A stretch of DNA of 64,000 nucleotides from Blasia pusilla (taxonomy: Eukaryota), in assembly GCA_050084515.1 (NCBI GenBank), contig CM114271.1, forward strand, positions 20,274,001 to 20,338,000, written 5' to 3'. Every line of letters starts with the position of its first letter. The stretch's first letter is position 1. This document shows positions 1 to 14,259 of this stretch, in pieces. A program made the translations under genes and the position numbers. The notes beneath the pieces are model-generated. The model was not told where the DNA came from. It made no database searches and was given only the letters and a program-made list of their open reading frames with translations.

Positions 1-1625
1 GGTAACAGCCTGGATTTGCAACAAGCCGAGCAGTCTGCACTGCCTCTCTGTTGAGTTCTGTGAGTCCATAGATGGCCTCCTTCTGTGAATTCGAAACAAG
101 GTCTTATTCAGAGTACATTACTGCAACTGACATGTTTTTCTACAAAAACCAATCAAATATCCTAAGGTCCAATCCAAACTTCTGTTGTGTTTGATCACAT
201 GGATAGTGTCCAATCACCTGTAAGTCAACTGCACGATGAGGACCATTGTACCACTTTTCATATTCCTTAACATTCTTCAATCTAAAGTCCTGCAAGAGAC
301 ACGATCACCTTCATGGTCACTGATTAACCCAGCTCAGCTCATTAGTTTTGAAAGCTTGAATGTCAAACAAGCATTACAGAAAGTTGGAACTCACTGCTGA
401 CAGGTCGACCACCTTCAGATTGGTTGGCAGTGCTGCAATAATTTCCTGCACAAGCATTTTTGTAACCCACGACGACATCGATCACGAAAATATAAGAAAA
501 AAGCTGATGGGAAATTAAAAAATTATTGTCAAGGAAACTTGACCTGGAAAGTTTTACTTCAGATAGTTTTCAAAGTTTTGATCATTTCACCTCATCAGGA
601 AAAGCATGAACATCAGGTTTGTTGAGTACTGGAGGACTTTGACATTGCTAGATTACATCTCAGTTGATTTATGAGGACAGGCACCTGAGTTGTGCCGTGA
701 GGGAGGCAACAAAAGACCGCATCAACTTGTGAAAAGTCTGCATCCTTCACCGCAACCATGTCTGGTAGATTCTGCATTCATGGCATTACTGTCGGTCATC
801 AGTTCAATTGATTTCCAGAGACCATCTCCTGTCTGTCAATTTGACATCTGGCCAAAAACTAATAGGATGGGCACCAATGGGCACTTGGTACAAGCTAACT
901 AAAGGTTGATGTCCAGTAAATTTCTGACTCACCTGGGTGATCAAATGAGGGAACACAGATGCTAGAGATTGGCCAGCTTTCCGATCAGCTGTCATTACAG
1001 TCACGCAAAATGCCGGGTGGGTTGCAAGAAGCCGCACTATCTGAATGATTTTCGGAAACACTTCAGAGCAAATAACACCTCCACGACAGATAACCTCATT
1101 CTTACCAAACTTGCTCAAACTAACGATTCCTGTCAATTAGTTCAGCTAGATGAATGTCATGAGCTCAGTCCATGGGGCAACTTAGAATTGAACAAGTGCA
1201 CTGATTTACTGCGACGTTGAACATAACGTCGGTACCTCTGATCCCGTATAGCCACTTGCTCCGAGGACACCAATACGAACAACGTCCTTTGACTTGCTGT
1301 CTTTCAGGACTTGTAGGTTCTGAGGGGCAGAGGTTACTGCCATTGTGGTTGCACTCTTCTTGGTCGGCTTTAGACGAGGTAAGACATCTGCCCTCCCGAG
1401 GAAGATACCTTTGTTGGAACCTCCCCATATCTGCAACAAAAAATGCCATGGATACAAATCCCAACACACCAAATTAAGGAGGGGCAAATCGTATCAAGTG
1501 CCTTCAAACTTCCGAGTTAAAAGCTTTTTACATTGTTGTGAATATCCGCTGGCAATACAGAAGCCCACCTCGGAAGCGCGCGAGCATGTAGATGTGGTTG
1601 CTCCTATGCAGAGAGACATCACCAT
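1..1625 (-). CDS. argC: N-acetyl-gamma-glutamyl-phosphate reductase, plastid-targeted; 5' part only, gene continues beyond base 1
   Basis: Hand-spliced GT-AG exons: 1625-1569 (putative first exon, transit peptide), 1430-1236, 1040-933, 771-685, 445-395, 289-218, 82-1. Protein: ...[24 protein letters not shown]...[68 protein letters not shown]...[30 protein letters not shown]. This includes the Rossmann GASGYTG, DLSADFR and catalytic NPGCY motifs. The first exon is the least certain. Confidence 0.93.
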
Positions 1626-3949
1626 TGGGACGAGCTGGGGACGATGTCGGGCTCTTGGACTGTCTTACACGCTTGAAGACAGCACCGCACAACACAATTA
1701 CATGAAAGGAGGAGGTAGGATTGTTTCATGAAGTGGAGCCGTGCAAGCCGTAATTACCAGAAGGGATCTATGACGGTGCAACGTGTGACGATATCAAGCA
1801 ATGTCCTACTCTGACCGACTACAACACCTACGAGAGTACGAGGAGCGTAACCACCGCCTTTGGCTACATTACATGCAGGTGATTTACATACAAGCACAGA
1901 GAAGCAGGGGGGCTTGGAGGAATCGCAACGCACTCACAAGGTAATCAGCGCAAAGCAACGATATGACTTGGTCTGGTAAGCAAGTGTCTCCGTTCTGCTG
2001 ACAGAACAGCGCAGGATAATCAGTACAATTGAGCGCGACATGGACGCTACACGCGTGAAATCACGGAATAGGGGACAAAAGTGAGAATCGCTAGCACTAA
2101 CAAATCCGCACCACTAAACAGAAGAGACTCTCAGTTCCAATTCACCGCGCACGGTTTGTGGACACAAATCACTAAATCAAGGCCAATTCTCTCCGTCGAC
2201 AAATCAGCGACGTTCTTTCGTAATGCACGAAGCCTCTGCACTCGGTTCTCCTCCTCCTTCCACCAGTTCGCTAAAACCCCAAAGATGGAGGCGAATGCAG
2301 AGAAAAACCCTGCAGTGGCCAATGCTAGGGTCCCAGAGGACGTGGGAGCGTGAGGAGGTGTGTGGACCCCAACGGACTCTTTTCTCCAGATCAATCTGAC
2401 ATGCGACAGACAATCTACGCGATGCACGGAGGTAGGAGGACGCAGAATCCTTCCCGTAGACTCTCGATATGTGCACTCTCCTTGTCGCATAGATTCTCCC
2501 TCGCACTCCACCGAGTCCTCTATGCGGATTGCGTCTCTTTATCTCCCCTCACTCACTCTTACTCTCTCTGTGTCTATCTCTCAATCCGCAGACACTCGAA
2601 TTCTTCCATGGTTATTACTATTCCCGTACCTTCACTTTCCTTTCTTCTTTCATACATTGTTAAGGAGTGGACTGTGAACCGGGTCCAACCTCATTGACTG
2701 CAATAAGATCGCAGCAGCAGCAGGAGGAGCGGCGGCAAGTGATGGTCGTCGGCAGACAGACGAAATGCCAAGCGGTGCGCAGATCGCATGGCGCAACAGA
2801 ATCGCCAGCTCAGAAAGTACCCACTGAGCTCCAACTGCTCCCGCACCTCCTCCGCTCCATCGCAGGAGTGATAGGTGGATTGAGAAGATCTCTTGTTATC
2901 AGCTTGCCCAATCACCCGCCACTTCGATTTGCCGTCTAGACTTCTACTGCCATGCAATCACGAAGAAAAGAAATCTCCATTCGCAAAATGGAAAAACAAA
3001 GATTGAGGAACGACATAGAGAGAGTAGACTAGAGTTTTAGTCCACGGCAAGCAGATCTTGCTTATGGGACCCCTTCCATATACATCGTATTTCACATGAC
3101 ACCTTCACATCTAGACTCTCACTCGAAAGATTTGGTTTTTATTTTTATTTTTAAGGCCTGGAATTTTATCTAACCTGGGAGCATAGTCAAGACACACTAG
3201 ATAGAGAGAGATGGAGGGAATGATAAAGTGGAAATGAATAAAGAGAACCACCACGAGAAACTAGTATGGCCCTTATGAGGGAGGACGAAAAATGTCTCTT
3301 CATGCTTGTGGCATGCATGAAGGAATGCTATCACAACTTTAGAATAAGTGGAAAGAGTTCTAAATGCAGTTGGATTCATGGGTGGGTTAGGGGTTTTATG
3401 GAGCTAGGAAGTTGAAGTTGCACAGAGAGAGTTGGAGGGCTTGAGAGTATATTTGATTAAATCTTTAATTGCTAGAATTATCATTGATGGATTAGGCAAT
3501 ATTGGAGTTGTTGTAGAGGATGATGACCTTCCGTATGATCAGAATCCAAGGATTAGGAAAGGAATACAAGTTTTTGGTTTGAGGGTATTCATCCTTGGGA
3601 TAGAAAACGCCATATCAAGTTACTTAGATCATGGGTTCCGGATGGAAAATAGAGTGACTAGTTTATTGTTTCCAAATCTTTCATGCATGAGAACAATGTG
3701 CTCCCAAACTCCATTGGGTCCAAAGTTTGAATCTACTCAAAATTACCCATTTTTGTTAAAATCCATTGTCTGTTCTTATTCATTTCTAACCCCTCTCACA
3801 CTAACTCGAGGATGAATAGGCGCAAGGAGAAAGAATTACATACTTATTTTTTCCCACACCAATATGAAGGAGGTTATAGCACAATGGAGAAAATGCCCCT
3901 ACATATCAACAAGTCTTTAGAAAATGGAAGCTAAATCTTCCACCATAAT

Positions 3950-4620
3950 TCTGGTTGTCTTTAGAAGAGGTATGTTTAGGACTTCTTCTTTCCTAACTCA
4001 CCAATGACTCTCCTTGATCAAATATTTCAAGAATTGCTTCTATTTCTAATCAATGAAGAGGTATGTTTAGAACCTAGTTTTCCTTCAAGTAGATTGCACA
4101 AACGTGGATATTATGTGAGAAGAGGCAATGGTTGAAATTCAGGTTGTGAAAACCAGAATTATGGTGGAAGATTTAGCTTCCAATATCGTGATCAACAAAA
4201 TCAAGGCTATCGAGGTTAGCAACAACCACAACAATATTGTTAGCAAACAAACTTTGGCACATGAAGGAGCAACTTCAAAGGAAAAGGAAATGCCTATATT
4301 CAAGGTTATCGACCACCTTGATTTTTCAATTACTACAGGATCAAATATTATTGCGCCAAAGATTGCTTCAAGAAGTAGAATAACACCGTATTTGGAATTC
4401 TTTGACAACATAATTATGTAGAGTAGAACTAAAGTGACTATCAAGATTTGACCATAAACCAAATCATGGAAGCAAAGAGCTTAAGTACAAATGATGAAGA
4501 ATAGTACATCGATTCAAGAGCATCAAATGATATGATTATTCATAAGTAATGGTTCACCAAATTGGAACTATTGAAGACTCCAAGGGTTGTTGTGAAAGGA
4601 TGTGATACATAACATTATAT
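3950..4620 (+). mobile_element. highly degenerate Ty1/copia gag-protease remnant
   Basis: Resembles the copia gag region at 19000-19450 (opposite strand). Contains a decayed protease-like YIDSRASN at about 4505-4530. Many stops; boundaries approximate. Confidence 0.35.
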
Positions 4621-5274
4621 TACTCACATGAATAATTTTTTTTTCATTCTTCGAACCTCTAAAATTACTTCTTTGGGAGATGTTTTATGTGTATCTCAAA
4701 TGGTGACGGTTTTGATCAAGAAGAGCATAACCCAATATAGGGTAGAGCTTGAGAAGAGCTCAAGTCCTAAAAGAGCTAGATTCCAAGGAGGTTGCAATTA
4801 GCCTCAAATCTTATTTATTTGGTGGTGTGCTCATGGTTGGAAGTCATAGTAACTTAACCTAAAATATTTTAGGATGAATAAGGTGGCCTAGGAAGGCTTG
4901 TGAGGAGATGGTTTGAACTCCTTAAAGATCTAAAAAGTCATGAAAAAGGCCCAAAATTGTTACAATGATAGTTTATGTCGAGGGCCATATATAAGGAGCA
5001 ACCCAAGAAATAATCTTTTTTTAAAGGAGGGGTTGTATTTCTTTAGAACTATATACAAGGAGGGACAAGAGATTGGAACCAAAATCATACCTCTGAAACC
5101 ATGGGGGGTTGAATCAAGCTCGCAAGATGGATTGCGAGGTTGGAAATGAGGGGTTTGACTCGAAGCCAAGTCTACATGATCCAATTTTGATATTAACCTT
5201 GAACTTTGATCCAAGGCTTGGATATTTAGTGTTAGTCAGAGATTCTTTCAAGGTCCATTAGGAAGTTGGAACTA

Positions 5275-5864
<590 letters not shown>

Positions 5865-5865
<1 letters not shown>

Positions 5866-5880
5866 CAAAGAGAGAATGAG
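5865..5880 (+). promoter_or_regulatory. self-complementary primer-binding site of copy 1
   Basis: ACAAAGAGAGAATGAG is the exact reverse complement of CTCATTCTCTCTTTGT at 14916-14931, ~28 nt downstream of a TATA-like site in repeat A. The A1 copy at 5683-5698 has two mismatches. No TGG-type tRNA PBS is present. Confidence 0.75.
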
Positions 5881-8800
5881 AGCTACAATGCGGGAGCTTG
5901 CTGGAGTTTTGCTTTGTTTGCAGGTTAGGGACCGTGTTCCCTCCTTCATGACTCATGGGAGTGCTCACGGGAGCAAGAGTCATTCAGTTTGCTGTTTTCC
6001 GTAACCGTTTTTTCGTACAAGAGAGTGGCGCGCGGAAGCGCTGCCCAAATGTTGGTACAATTTGAGTGTGGGGGCCGATTACCTACTCCGGTGCTCTTGA
6101 GAGCACCATGTAGCTTTCTGATTTGTCTTTTCACAGGTTTTACATTTTCGTTGGGAGAAATCAGCGCGGAAGCGCTGTCGAATTTTGTGTAGAAGAAAGA
6201 GACGTTGTGGTTTACGACAGTCCCCATCAATTTTTATAGGGTTTTCCGATTCAACATACTTTTAACGCCATCATAGATCTTGAAGCTATGCAAGTTGTGC
6301 AACAGATGGTGCGTGATTTGGAGCTGCAAGTAGAAAGTTATGGCAAATTTTGTAATTGCCAATTTTAGGGTAAAAGTCGAAACCCTAAAGCAGTAGCTGC
6401 TGTTGGCGGCGCCGTAACCGTCGACCGCCGTGGCCGTGGCCGTCGTCCAGGCTGTCAACCCGTCGCCAAGACGTCAACCCTTTGCCATGCCCTTCAACCC
6501 GTCAGCTGGCCTATTACCCGTCAAGTTGTCGTTGATCGACTATTACCGTTGCTTAGCCGACGGTTGGGAGCAACGGCCGTTGACTGGTCGTGTCTATGCA
6601 TCGCCAGGTAGTTGTTCAGGCCGCCTTTGTCACACCTTTGTGGAGCTCATCATCGACCGACTGGAGTACTACTCTGGACGACGTGTGACCTAGTGATTTA
6701 TGGGGTCCAAGTTTTCTAGCGGCATTACTATGTTTTGAGTTGGTAGCCGCTCCACGAAGATCCAGTACCGTGACGTGACGCCCGTAGCCGCAACGCACCA
6801 CCGATTTCCGCACCGTGCCGCTCGTGGCCGCACCGCACCGTCTCGATCGCGGAGCCGCACCATCATTGTGGAGCAGATTATGTTTTGCTGGTTTGAGGAG
6901 TTTGGCTTCACAACCGAGTTGGGGTCGAGGTTTGCAGTTGCTGCGGAGAGATTCAACATTTACTGAGGTTACCCATCCTGGTCTTTTGCCCTATATGTGT
7001 GAGGGAATTCCAAGAATTGGGCAGTTATTTGACATATTGGGTTTGTGTGGATGCAGAGAGCATCGTTTATGTGTGTGGATTAAGGGACATAGACATGTGT
7101 GGGATGTCCAAAGTTGATGGGTAGGTTGTCGATGAGATGATATCCTGGTTGATTTGCCGCACCACACCGTCTGTTGCCGCACGTCACACAACTCGGTGAG
7201 AGGGAGTGTAGATCGAGTGCCGCATGTTTAGTCTGAGTGATTACTCACAGACGGGAGAGTGAGTGTGTGCGAGGGCACGAGGATCATCACGGCGTCCTTT
7301 CAGGACTTTGAGAGGCGAGGTGATGAACCTAAGAGTAACTTTAGAGGGTTTACACGGAGTGGCGTGAGGTTTCGAGGGTCTCCACATGAGGGACCCCCTC
7401 GACCTCCTTCTGTGTCATCCTCAGACGAGGGGAAGGGTGTAGAGGAGTTTGTGAGCACATCGCCACACATTGTGAGTGGTCCTACCAGTTGGGCGTACGA
7501 GATGGACGAATGGGGTAGAGGGCCGCGTAGGTTCTCAAGTGCAGTAGGCACCATAGAGTTGCACGACTTCATCGAGGAGGTTAGGAGTTGGTGCGACTCC
7601 GAGCGGGCCAGGAACTTTAGAGAGTTCAACCCGTTTACAGCATGGAACAGTATGTTCCAGCATTTAGAGGGGGCACCCATGGACGATTACCATGAGTTCT
7701 CTCAGAGATATGCTCGTGAGATCGAGGCGTGGAGGCTCTACTATGACCCACATTACGTGTCATGGACAGAGCCAGTCCCAGATGAGGAGGAGGAGTCAGG
7801 AGAGGCTACTTCATCTTCCCCTAGTGATGTACTAGAAGGGGTGAGTCGGACTGGGGCAGTTGCATGGTCCAGTCGGGTTCGTCTTAGGCTCAACCCTGTG
7901 GTTGAGTTCTTTGCTGAGTTGAGGGCGAGCTACCAAGGGGTACAAACGGAGAAGTTGTAGAGCATCCACGACTTCCAGAGGCGCCCGGGTGAGAGTTTGC
8001 GTGAGGCTTACACTCGCTTGCGCCGGTTGATCAACGTCACTCAGGGGGTGACAGAGGCTCAGGCTATCCAATCATGGTACAAGATGCCGCACCCGTGTCG
8101 TCAGGGTCATGGACATGTGCCTCAGCATGGAGGAGGAGATGGTGCTACACCAGGGTGTTATCAGTGTGACTACTGTCAAAGGTATGGTCATACACGCGCC
8201 AGGTGTTTTAGTTTACATCGTGAGTTACGTCCGGATCGAGGGCCAAAGAGGGCACCAGAGCGAGTAGCCGGTCCGGGTGGGCTAGAGATCGTGCACCTGG
8301 TGGTCTTGTTGGGGGACGAGGAGTTGGAGTTGCCCGACAAGGTGGTGGAACTGCCCGTGGAGGAGGTAGAGTCCTACCACCTAGACGCGTCGAGGGAGAT
8401 GTCGGGCGTGAGGCTAGGATGGCTTCTCAGATACATATGCTACAGGAGCAGATTGCCGCTATGGCATAGAGATTACCCGATGCCGGATCCGTGGCATCGA
8501 CATCATATGGAGCAGCCAGAGATATGGAGGATCCTGGTTGGATGTGCGGGGTTGCCCATATGGAGGCAGCCGCAGTTGTGACGCGTGGAGCAGCCGTAGA
8601 GTTGGATCCATAGCGAGGGGAAGCCAAGAAACAAACTAGGCTTCCTCAGTCTTTCACGTTGTTCGAGGCGATGAGGACCCCATCGATGGATCCTCATCAG
8701 AGTTCCTGGAGAGTTGGTGATGTTGTTGGTGTGCAGGCACGAAGGGCGATGGGAGAAGCGAGTGCGACGACTCCTATTGTTGATGCTCAGGAGGGGCATG

Positions 8801-9890
8801 TATTGAGCACGTTGTTGGGGGCGGCCACCATTGTGTACCGCGCTCCTTTATTTTCTGCTTCCGATGTTATGACGTTGGGGGGTACGACCGTCGAGGCTTT
8901 TCGGCTCGCCGCTACGGTATGTGAATATGGAGTTGGAGTTCCTGCATCACGTTCAGAGGTGATTGCACAGGAGGTGATGGACCTGCCCTTGGAGCGGATG
9001 CTCGGGCCGTCCACGTCAGATTCATGGCAGGCTGCCGCTGCTAGGATGGCGGAGATGCCCGCTAGACCCGCGATAGAGCGCGCCATGGCGTCTCCTGGTG
9101 TTGTGTTGGTGGATAACCAAGGAGAGGTCTTCCAGTTGGTGAGTCCCGGAGGTAGAGCTTTTAGTGTGTAGCGCGTCTTGTTGGATTCAGGAGCGCAACC
9201 CCTGATGTTGGGGAAAGCGTCATTCAGAGGATTGGGCTTGACGAGAGCCGATGTGGAGCGTTGTCCATTCCAGATAGAGACATCTTTGGGCGGAGTGAGT
9301 ACTACACAGTATATCACGCGACAAGAGGTCATGGTGAGGATTCGCGCGGGACATCCTACAGATGAGTCCATGGTGCGAGCCAAGGCGATAGTGACTGATG
9401 CAGAGTCCTACGACGTCTTGGTTGGTGGAGTAGTGTTATACCCGATGGGGTTTTTTCCCTGGATTACCGGGAAGAGTCAGCGTCCTACAAACCAGGATGG
9501 GAGTCAGGTGATGGGCGCCTTAGCTCATTACCCGTTTGATTCACATGTGCAGTGATCGAGCAACGGCCAGGAGAGATGACGACCTTAGCAGCATTTAGCA
9601 GTGCCATCACTTGGCCTAGTGATTTGATTGAGGGACATGTCCATGCAGAAGATACTCCCGTTCCTGATATTTCTATGGAGAGGAGTGTTATGGTAGCCGC
9701 ATCCTTCCGTGGAGGAGAGGTGCCGCTGTGGGGCTCGATTAAGGAGCTTCGACGATTGGCAGATGAGCACGTGCAAACCGCGTGGAGCGAGGCGTTTGCA
9801 CCGGAGCATGACGGGTCTGAGGAACCCGAGGTAGCAGGGATTGCTACAATGACACCCTTGGATACCACACCCATTGTGTGGTGTACCCCG

Positions 9891-10878
9891 GAGGAGGGTA
9901 TTCGAGTGTTAGATCTCTTTGGAGGGATTAGCACCGGGTTAGCTGTTGTTTTGCAGGCATGAGTGCGAGTACAACAATACCTGTATGTGGAGAGTGATGA
10001 TGTTGCGAGGCGCGTTTCACTTCGACATGTGGCATAGTTACGCCTACGTTTTCCCGACTTATTGTCTGTGTCCGCGGTACAGGGATATCAGAGTTCCCTA
10101 CCAAGGGATATTTCGTTGTTGGGGGCACAGGACTTAGAGCGGGTAGGGACCATTGATTTGGTCATTTTTGGTTGGCCATGTCAGGGCCAATCGAGTGCTG
10201 GACGAGGTAGCGGGTTGGCTAATACTCGGTCCAGGTTTTTTTGGGAGATGTTGAAGGTCTTACGGCAGTTGTGGAGCACCAATCTCATTCTCCAGCCTAC
10301 ATTCTGGAGAATGTGCCCATTTTAGGAGACTCCAGGTCATGGGTGGTGATAAGTGCTCATTAGGTGCGTGCCTGGATCGGCCCAGGAGTGTTCTTGGATG
10401 CGGTGAGTGTAGGTTCTTGAGCCCATCGCCCACGTCTATGGTGGACCAACTTGGTGCCCCATGCGGTGTTACGTAGGGCGTATGCGAGAGTGGAGCGCCC
10501 CTCCCATTTGTTAGTGGATTCCATTCTGGATCCAGGTCGTCGATCACAGGCAGTGAGGCACGATGATCGACCATCGTTGACTGTGGTCAACAGGGTAGGT
10601 AGGCCGCGGGTAGCCTTTCCCATGTTTGTGAGTTTTCCCGCTTCCTATGCTTACAAGGAGGTTGATCATGGCTTGGTTTGGGATGACCAGGTTGAGAGGT
10701 TGGTGGAGCCCAATGCCAACGAGAGAGAGGGGGCGATGGGATTTCCCCCAGGAGTAACGACAGTCCTGTCAATATCAGAGGCATCACGATATCATGTCTT
10801 GGATCAGGCGATGGACCTGAATAGCTTGACATGGATCTTTAGCTTTGGAGTGGCTGAGCAGCGTCAGATGAGATCGTG
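9891..10878 (+). pseudogene. DNMT3-like C5 cytosine methyltransferase domain within pol (copy 1)
   Basis: Motif I IRVLDLFGGI, II YLYVE, IV DLVIFGWPCQG (catalytic PC, ~10170-10187), VI YILENV (~10300), VIII AHRPRLWWTNL, IX EREGAMGFP, X RYHVLDQAMD. All are in canonical order. Confidence 0.9.
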
Positions 10879-13800
10879 ACAAATCACAGCGGTTGCGTTG
10901 GTGAGCCCCATGCCTACCAAGATTGTGGAGGCAGTGGCTGGGGGCGAGACCCGAGGAGATCAACACACCAGGGGAGATCGAGAGAGACACCCTTGGACTT
11001 CTTGGGATGTTTTGCAGGTACGCCAAGAGATGATAGCCACAACATCGAGCGTGGTTCCGGGCACTTCATGTGGAGGAGATCAGAGTTTGCAGTTGGTTGC
11101 AAGAGAGCGGTCGAGTGTTGTTGTTCGAGACGGGGTTGCGCCATACCAACCACCGATATCCACGCCGAAGAGTCCTACCGTAGTCACGATGGAGACTTGG
11201 GAGCCAGATATGGGCCCTAAGTTGACATGAGGAGAGCAGCGCCAAAAATATCAATTCCTCACGAGTTATAAGAGCTGCTTTGTGTTTAGCATGGAGGATT
11301 TGGGTACGCTGAAGGCACCGGGGATCCGCATTGAGTTGTCGAGTGATACGCCGATCTTTCGATGACCCTATAGGTACAATGATATGGAGAGGGCTGTGAT
11401 TCAGAGTAGGAGCCAGGACTTGGTTGGAGCAAGACTAGTGGAGATGTCGCATGGGGAGTATGCATCTGCCACTGTCATGCCCGCCAAGAAGGATGTGCAT
11501 GGCAACAAGATGGATAGGCGGATGTGTGGGGATTACCGACCTATCAATCGGGAGACGAAGTCCGATAGGTATGCCATGCCCACCCTTGAGGAGATCTTTG
11601 GTGCAATTGGTCATGCAAAGGTTTTCAGTTCATTGGATTTGTGAGCGGGATACTATCAACTGCCTATAAGATTGGAGGACAGGCAGAAGACGTCATTTTG
11701 GGGCATCGATCCTCACGGGAAAGATTGTTTGTACCAGTGGCGGTTCTTACCATTTGGGTTAAAGAACGCCCCGACTGAGTTTCAAAGGGTCATGGATAGG
11801 ATCTTGGCTGGTCTGGATTTTGTTAGGTGTTATATTGATGACATCGTAGTCTTTAGCGCCACGGTTGAGGAGCATGAGCGACATCTAGAGGAGGTGTTTC
11901 GACAATTGCAATTACATGGGCTTAAGCTACATCCAGGCAAGTGCAAGTTCTTCTACGACCGGATTGAGTACTTGGGTCATACGATATACCCAGGGGGCCT
12001 TGGTGTTCAATAGACAAAGGTAGAGGCTATCTCACGCATTCCACGCCCTACAGATGTGAGCCGTGTTCGTGCATTCATGGGATTGGTAAACTTCTATCGA
12101 TGGTACGTCAAGGGATTCAGTTTGATTGCGGAGCCGCTGACCTTGGTGACCAAGGTGGATCACGAGTGGCACTAAGGGGATGAGCAGGAGCGAGCATTTC
12201 AATTGCTCAAGGATAGGTTGACGTCTGTGCCCATCTTGAGGAGACCAATCAGGGGGCGTCCTTTCCAGTTACACACATATTGGAGCATGTTGGGGCTTGG
12301 AGCGATGCTCACCCAGCATGATGATGAGGGTAGAGAGTTCATGGTGGCTTATGCTAGCCGCTCAAAAAATGCTGCAGAGGCGAAGTATAGCTCGTATGAG
12401 GGTGAGTGCTTGGCTGCGGTGTGGGCTGTCGCGCATTTCAGGTGTTCCTTATTCGAAAATCCCTTTACCATCATCATTGATCATCAACCACTGAAGTGGT
12501 TGATGGAGCCCACAAGCTTACATGGAAGCTTGCGAGATGGGCTCTGTTGTTGCAGGAGTATGATTTTCAGGTGGTACATAGATTTGGGACGCTCAACTAG
12601 GATGCAAATGGGTTGAGTCGTAACCCATGCCCGAGTCAACGAGATGCGAGTGGAGCTCAATGGCATGGAGAGAGTGATGAGGAGTCAGTGCCAGGATGGC
12701 ACACGTCATCCTATTTAGGCATGTTGGCTATGGAGAACCAAAGTGTGGAGACTTCAATGGCTGGGTCTAGTAGAGATTCGTTGGATCCTGAGGCCAGTGA
12801 GGAGACGACTGATGGCCGAGATATTCATGATGGTGGAGTAGTCTTGGAGTACCTTTGGACTGGCAGCGTTGCGAGCACCGTGGGTGCTAGAGAGCGGGAT
12901 CCGATCCTAGAGCGGGCCATACGGTACCGTTGGGAGGGGACACATGTTTTGAGGGTTTGGGAGGATGGCAAAGTACGCGTAGTGCCGCATCCTTCGGAGA
13001 GAGCACGACTAGTGTAGCATGCCCACGAGGAGTTTGGTCACTTTGGGATGAAGCGGACGTACAGCTTGCTCCAGATTCAGTATTGGTGGCGAGGCATGCA
13101 GACTGACGATCAGCAGTTTGTTGCCAAGTGCATGGTGTGTGATCGGGTCCGAGCATCGTTCAATGCTCTGACTCCACAGTTGCATCAATTATCGATCATG
13201 GGCTTAGGATATAGATGGAGTTTGGATTTTGCAAGACCTTTGCCTTTGATAGAGCATCATAATGGTTATGTGTTGATGATGGTCGAGCACTTCTCGAAGT
13301 GGATCGAGCTGATTGCATTGCCTGACAAAGCGAGTGAGGGAGTAGCTTATGCCTTCCTTGATAGAGTGCTGAGTCATTATGGCGCACCGGCTGAGGTGTT
13401 GACAGACCAGGATACCGAGTTTTGCCGTGAGTTCCAGGCCTTGTGTGATCAGGCGCTGATCGACCATCGCACGACTTCGCAAGATCATCCCGAGGCGGAT
13501 GGATTAGCAGAGAGAGTTGTGCAGACGGTGAAGAGGGGTTTACGCAAGTATGGCTTGCAGAGAGGTCACCTAGGAGATTGGGACCTCCAGTTTCCCTGGT
13601 TGGCGATGGGATACAGATTCAGCAGGCATGCATCCTTAGCGTCTTTTTCACCGTACTTGCTACTTTATTGCCGAGAGCCAGATTGACCTACGGCCATTCG
13701 TCGAGATGCTGGTGAGGTGCTAGACCTTGATGATCCAGATGTATGGATGTGAGCATGTTCTTAGAGGGCTGAGTTGTTTCGGAGAGTGATTCCCATGGCC

Positions 13801-14118
13801 TTCGAGAACTTGGCGATTGCGCAGCATTGGGATACGTTGAGGTATGCGACTTTTCGGGGTGGTGGTTATCGACCAACTATCCGGAGGTTTCATGAGGGAG
13901 ATTATGTCTACTTGCAGCAGACGGCACCTACGACGTTGGATGTGATTGTAGGGCGCACTATCCTGAGAGTGCGTGACGTTTTGCCATCTGGTGTTCTCTT
14001 GCTGGAGGGACGCGATGGTATGGTATGGAAGGACCATGTGCGTAATTGTGCGCCATGTCACCTTCCTAACATTGATGGTAAAGTATATCCAAACTTAGCA
14101 GTAGTTCCTACAGGCTTG

Positions 14119-14259
14119 CATTGTATGTTGTGTGGTTCTGCCCGTGGTGCGGCCATGATGCTAGTCTGTGATGGATGTTCGAGAGGTAGGCATATGGCAT
14201 GTCTGACGCCATCTCTCACTAGGGTTCCTCGGGGACGATGGATGTGTCCCAGATGTACA
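14119..14259 (+). other. PHD finger (C4HC3) at integrase C-terminus, copy 1
   Basis: CMLC-x11-CDGC-x4-H-x2-C-LTPSLTRVPRGRWM-CPRC, followed by one residue and a stop. Confidence 0.88.

Noticed and set aside
2081-2960. Several 88-126 aa ORFs upstream of argC
   Set aside because: No recognisable motifs and they overlap on both strands. Most likely argC 5' UTR, intron or promoter sequence.
9891-10878. Bacterial restriction-modification methylase or contamination
   Set aside because: The domain sits at the same position in retrotransposon pol in three copies, among spliced plant genes, with no endonuclease partner.
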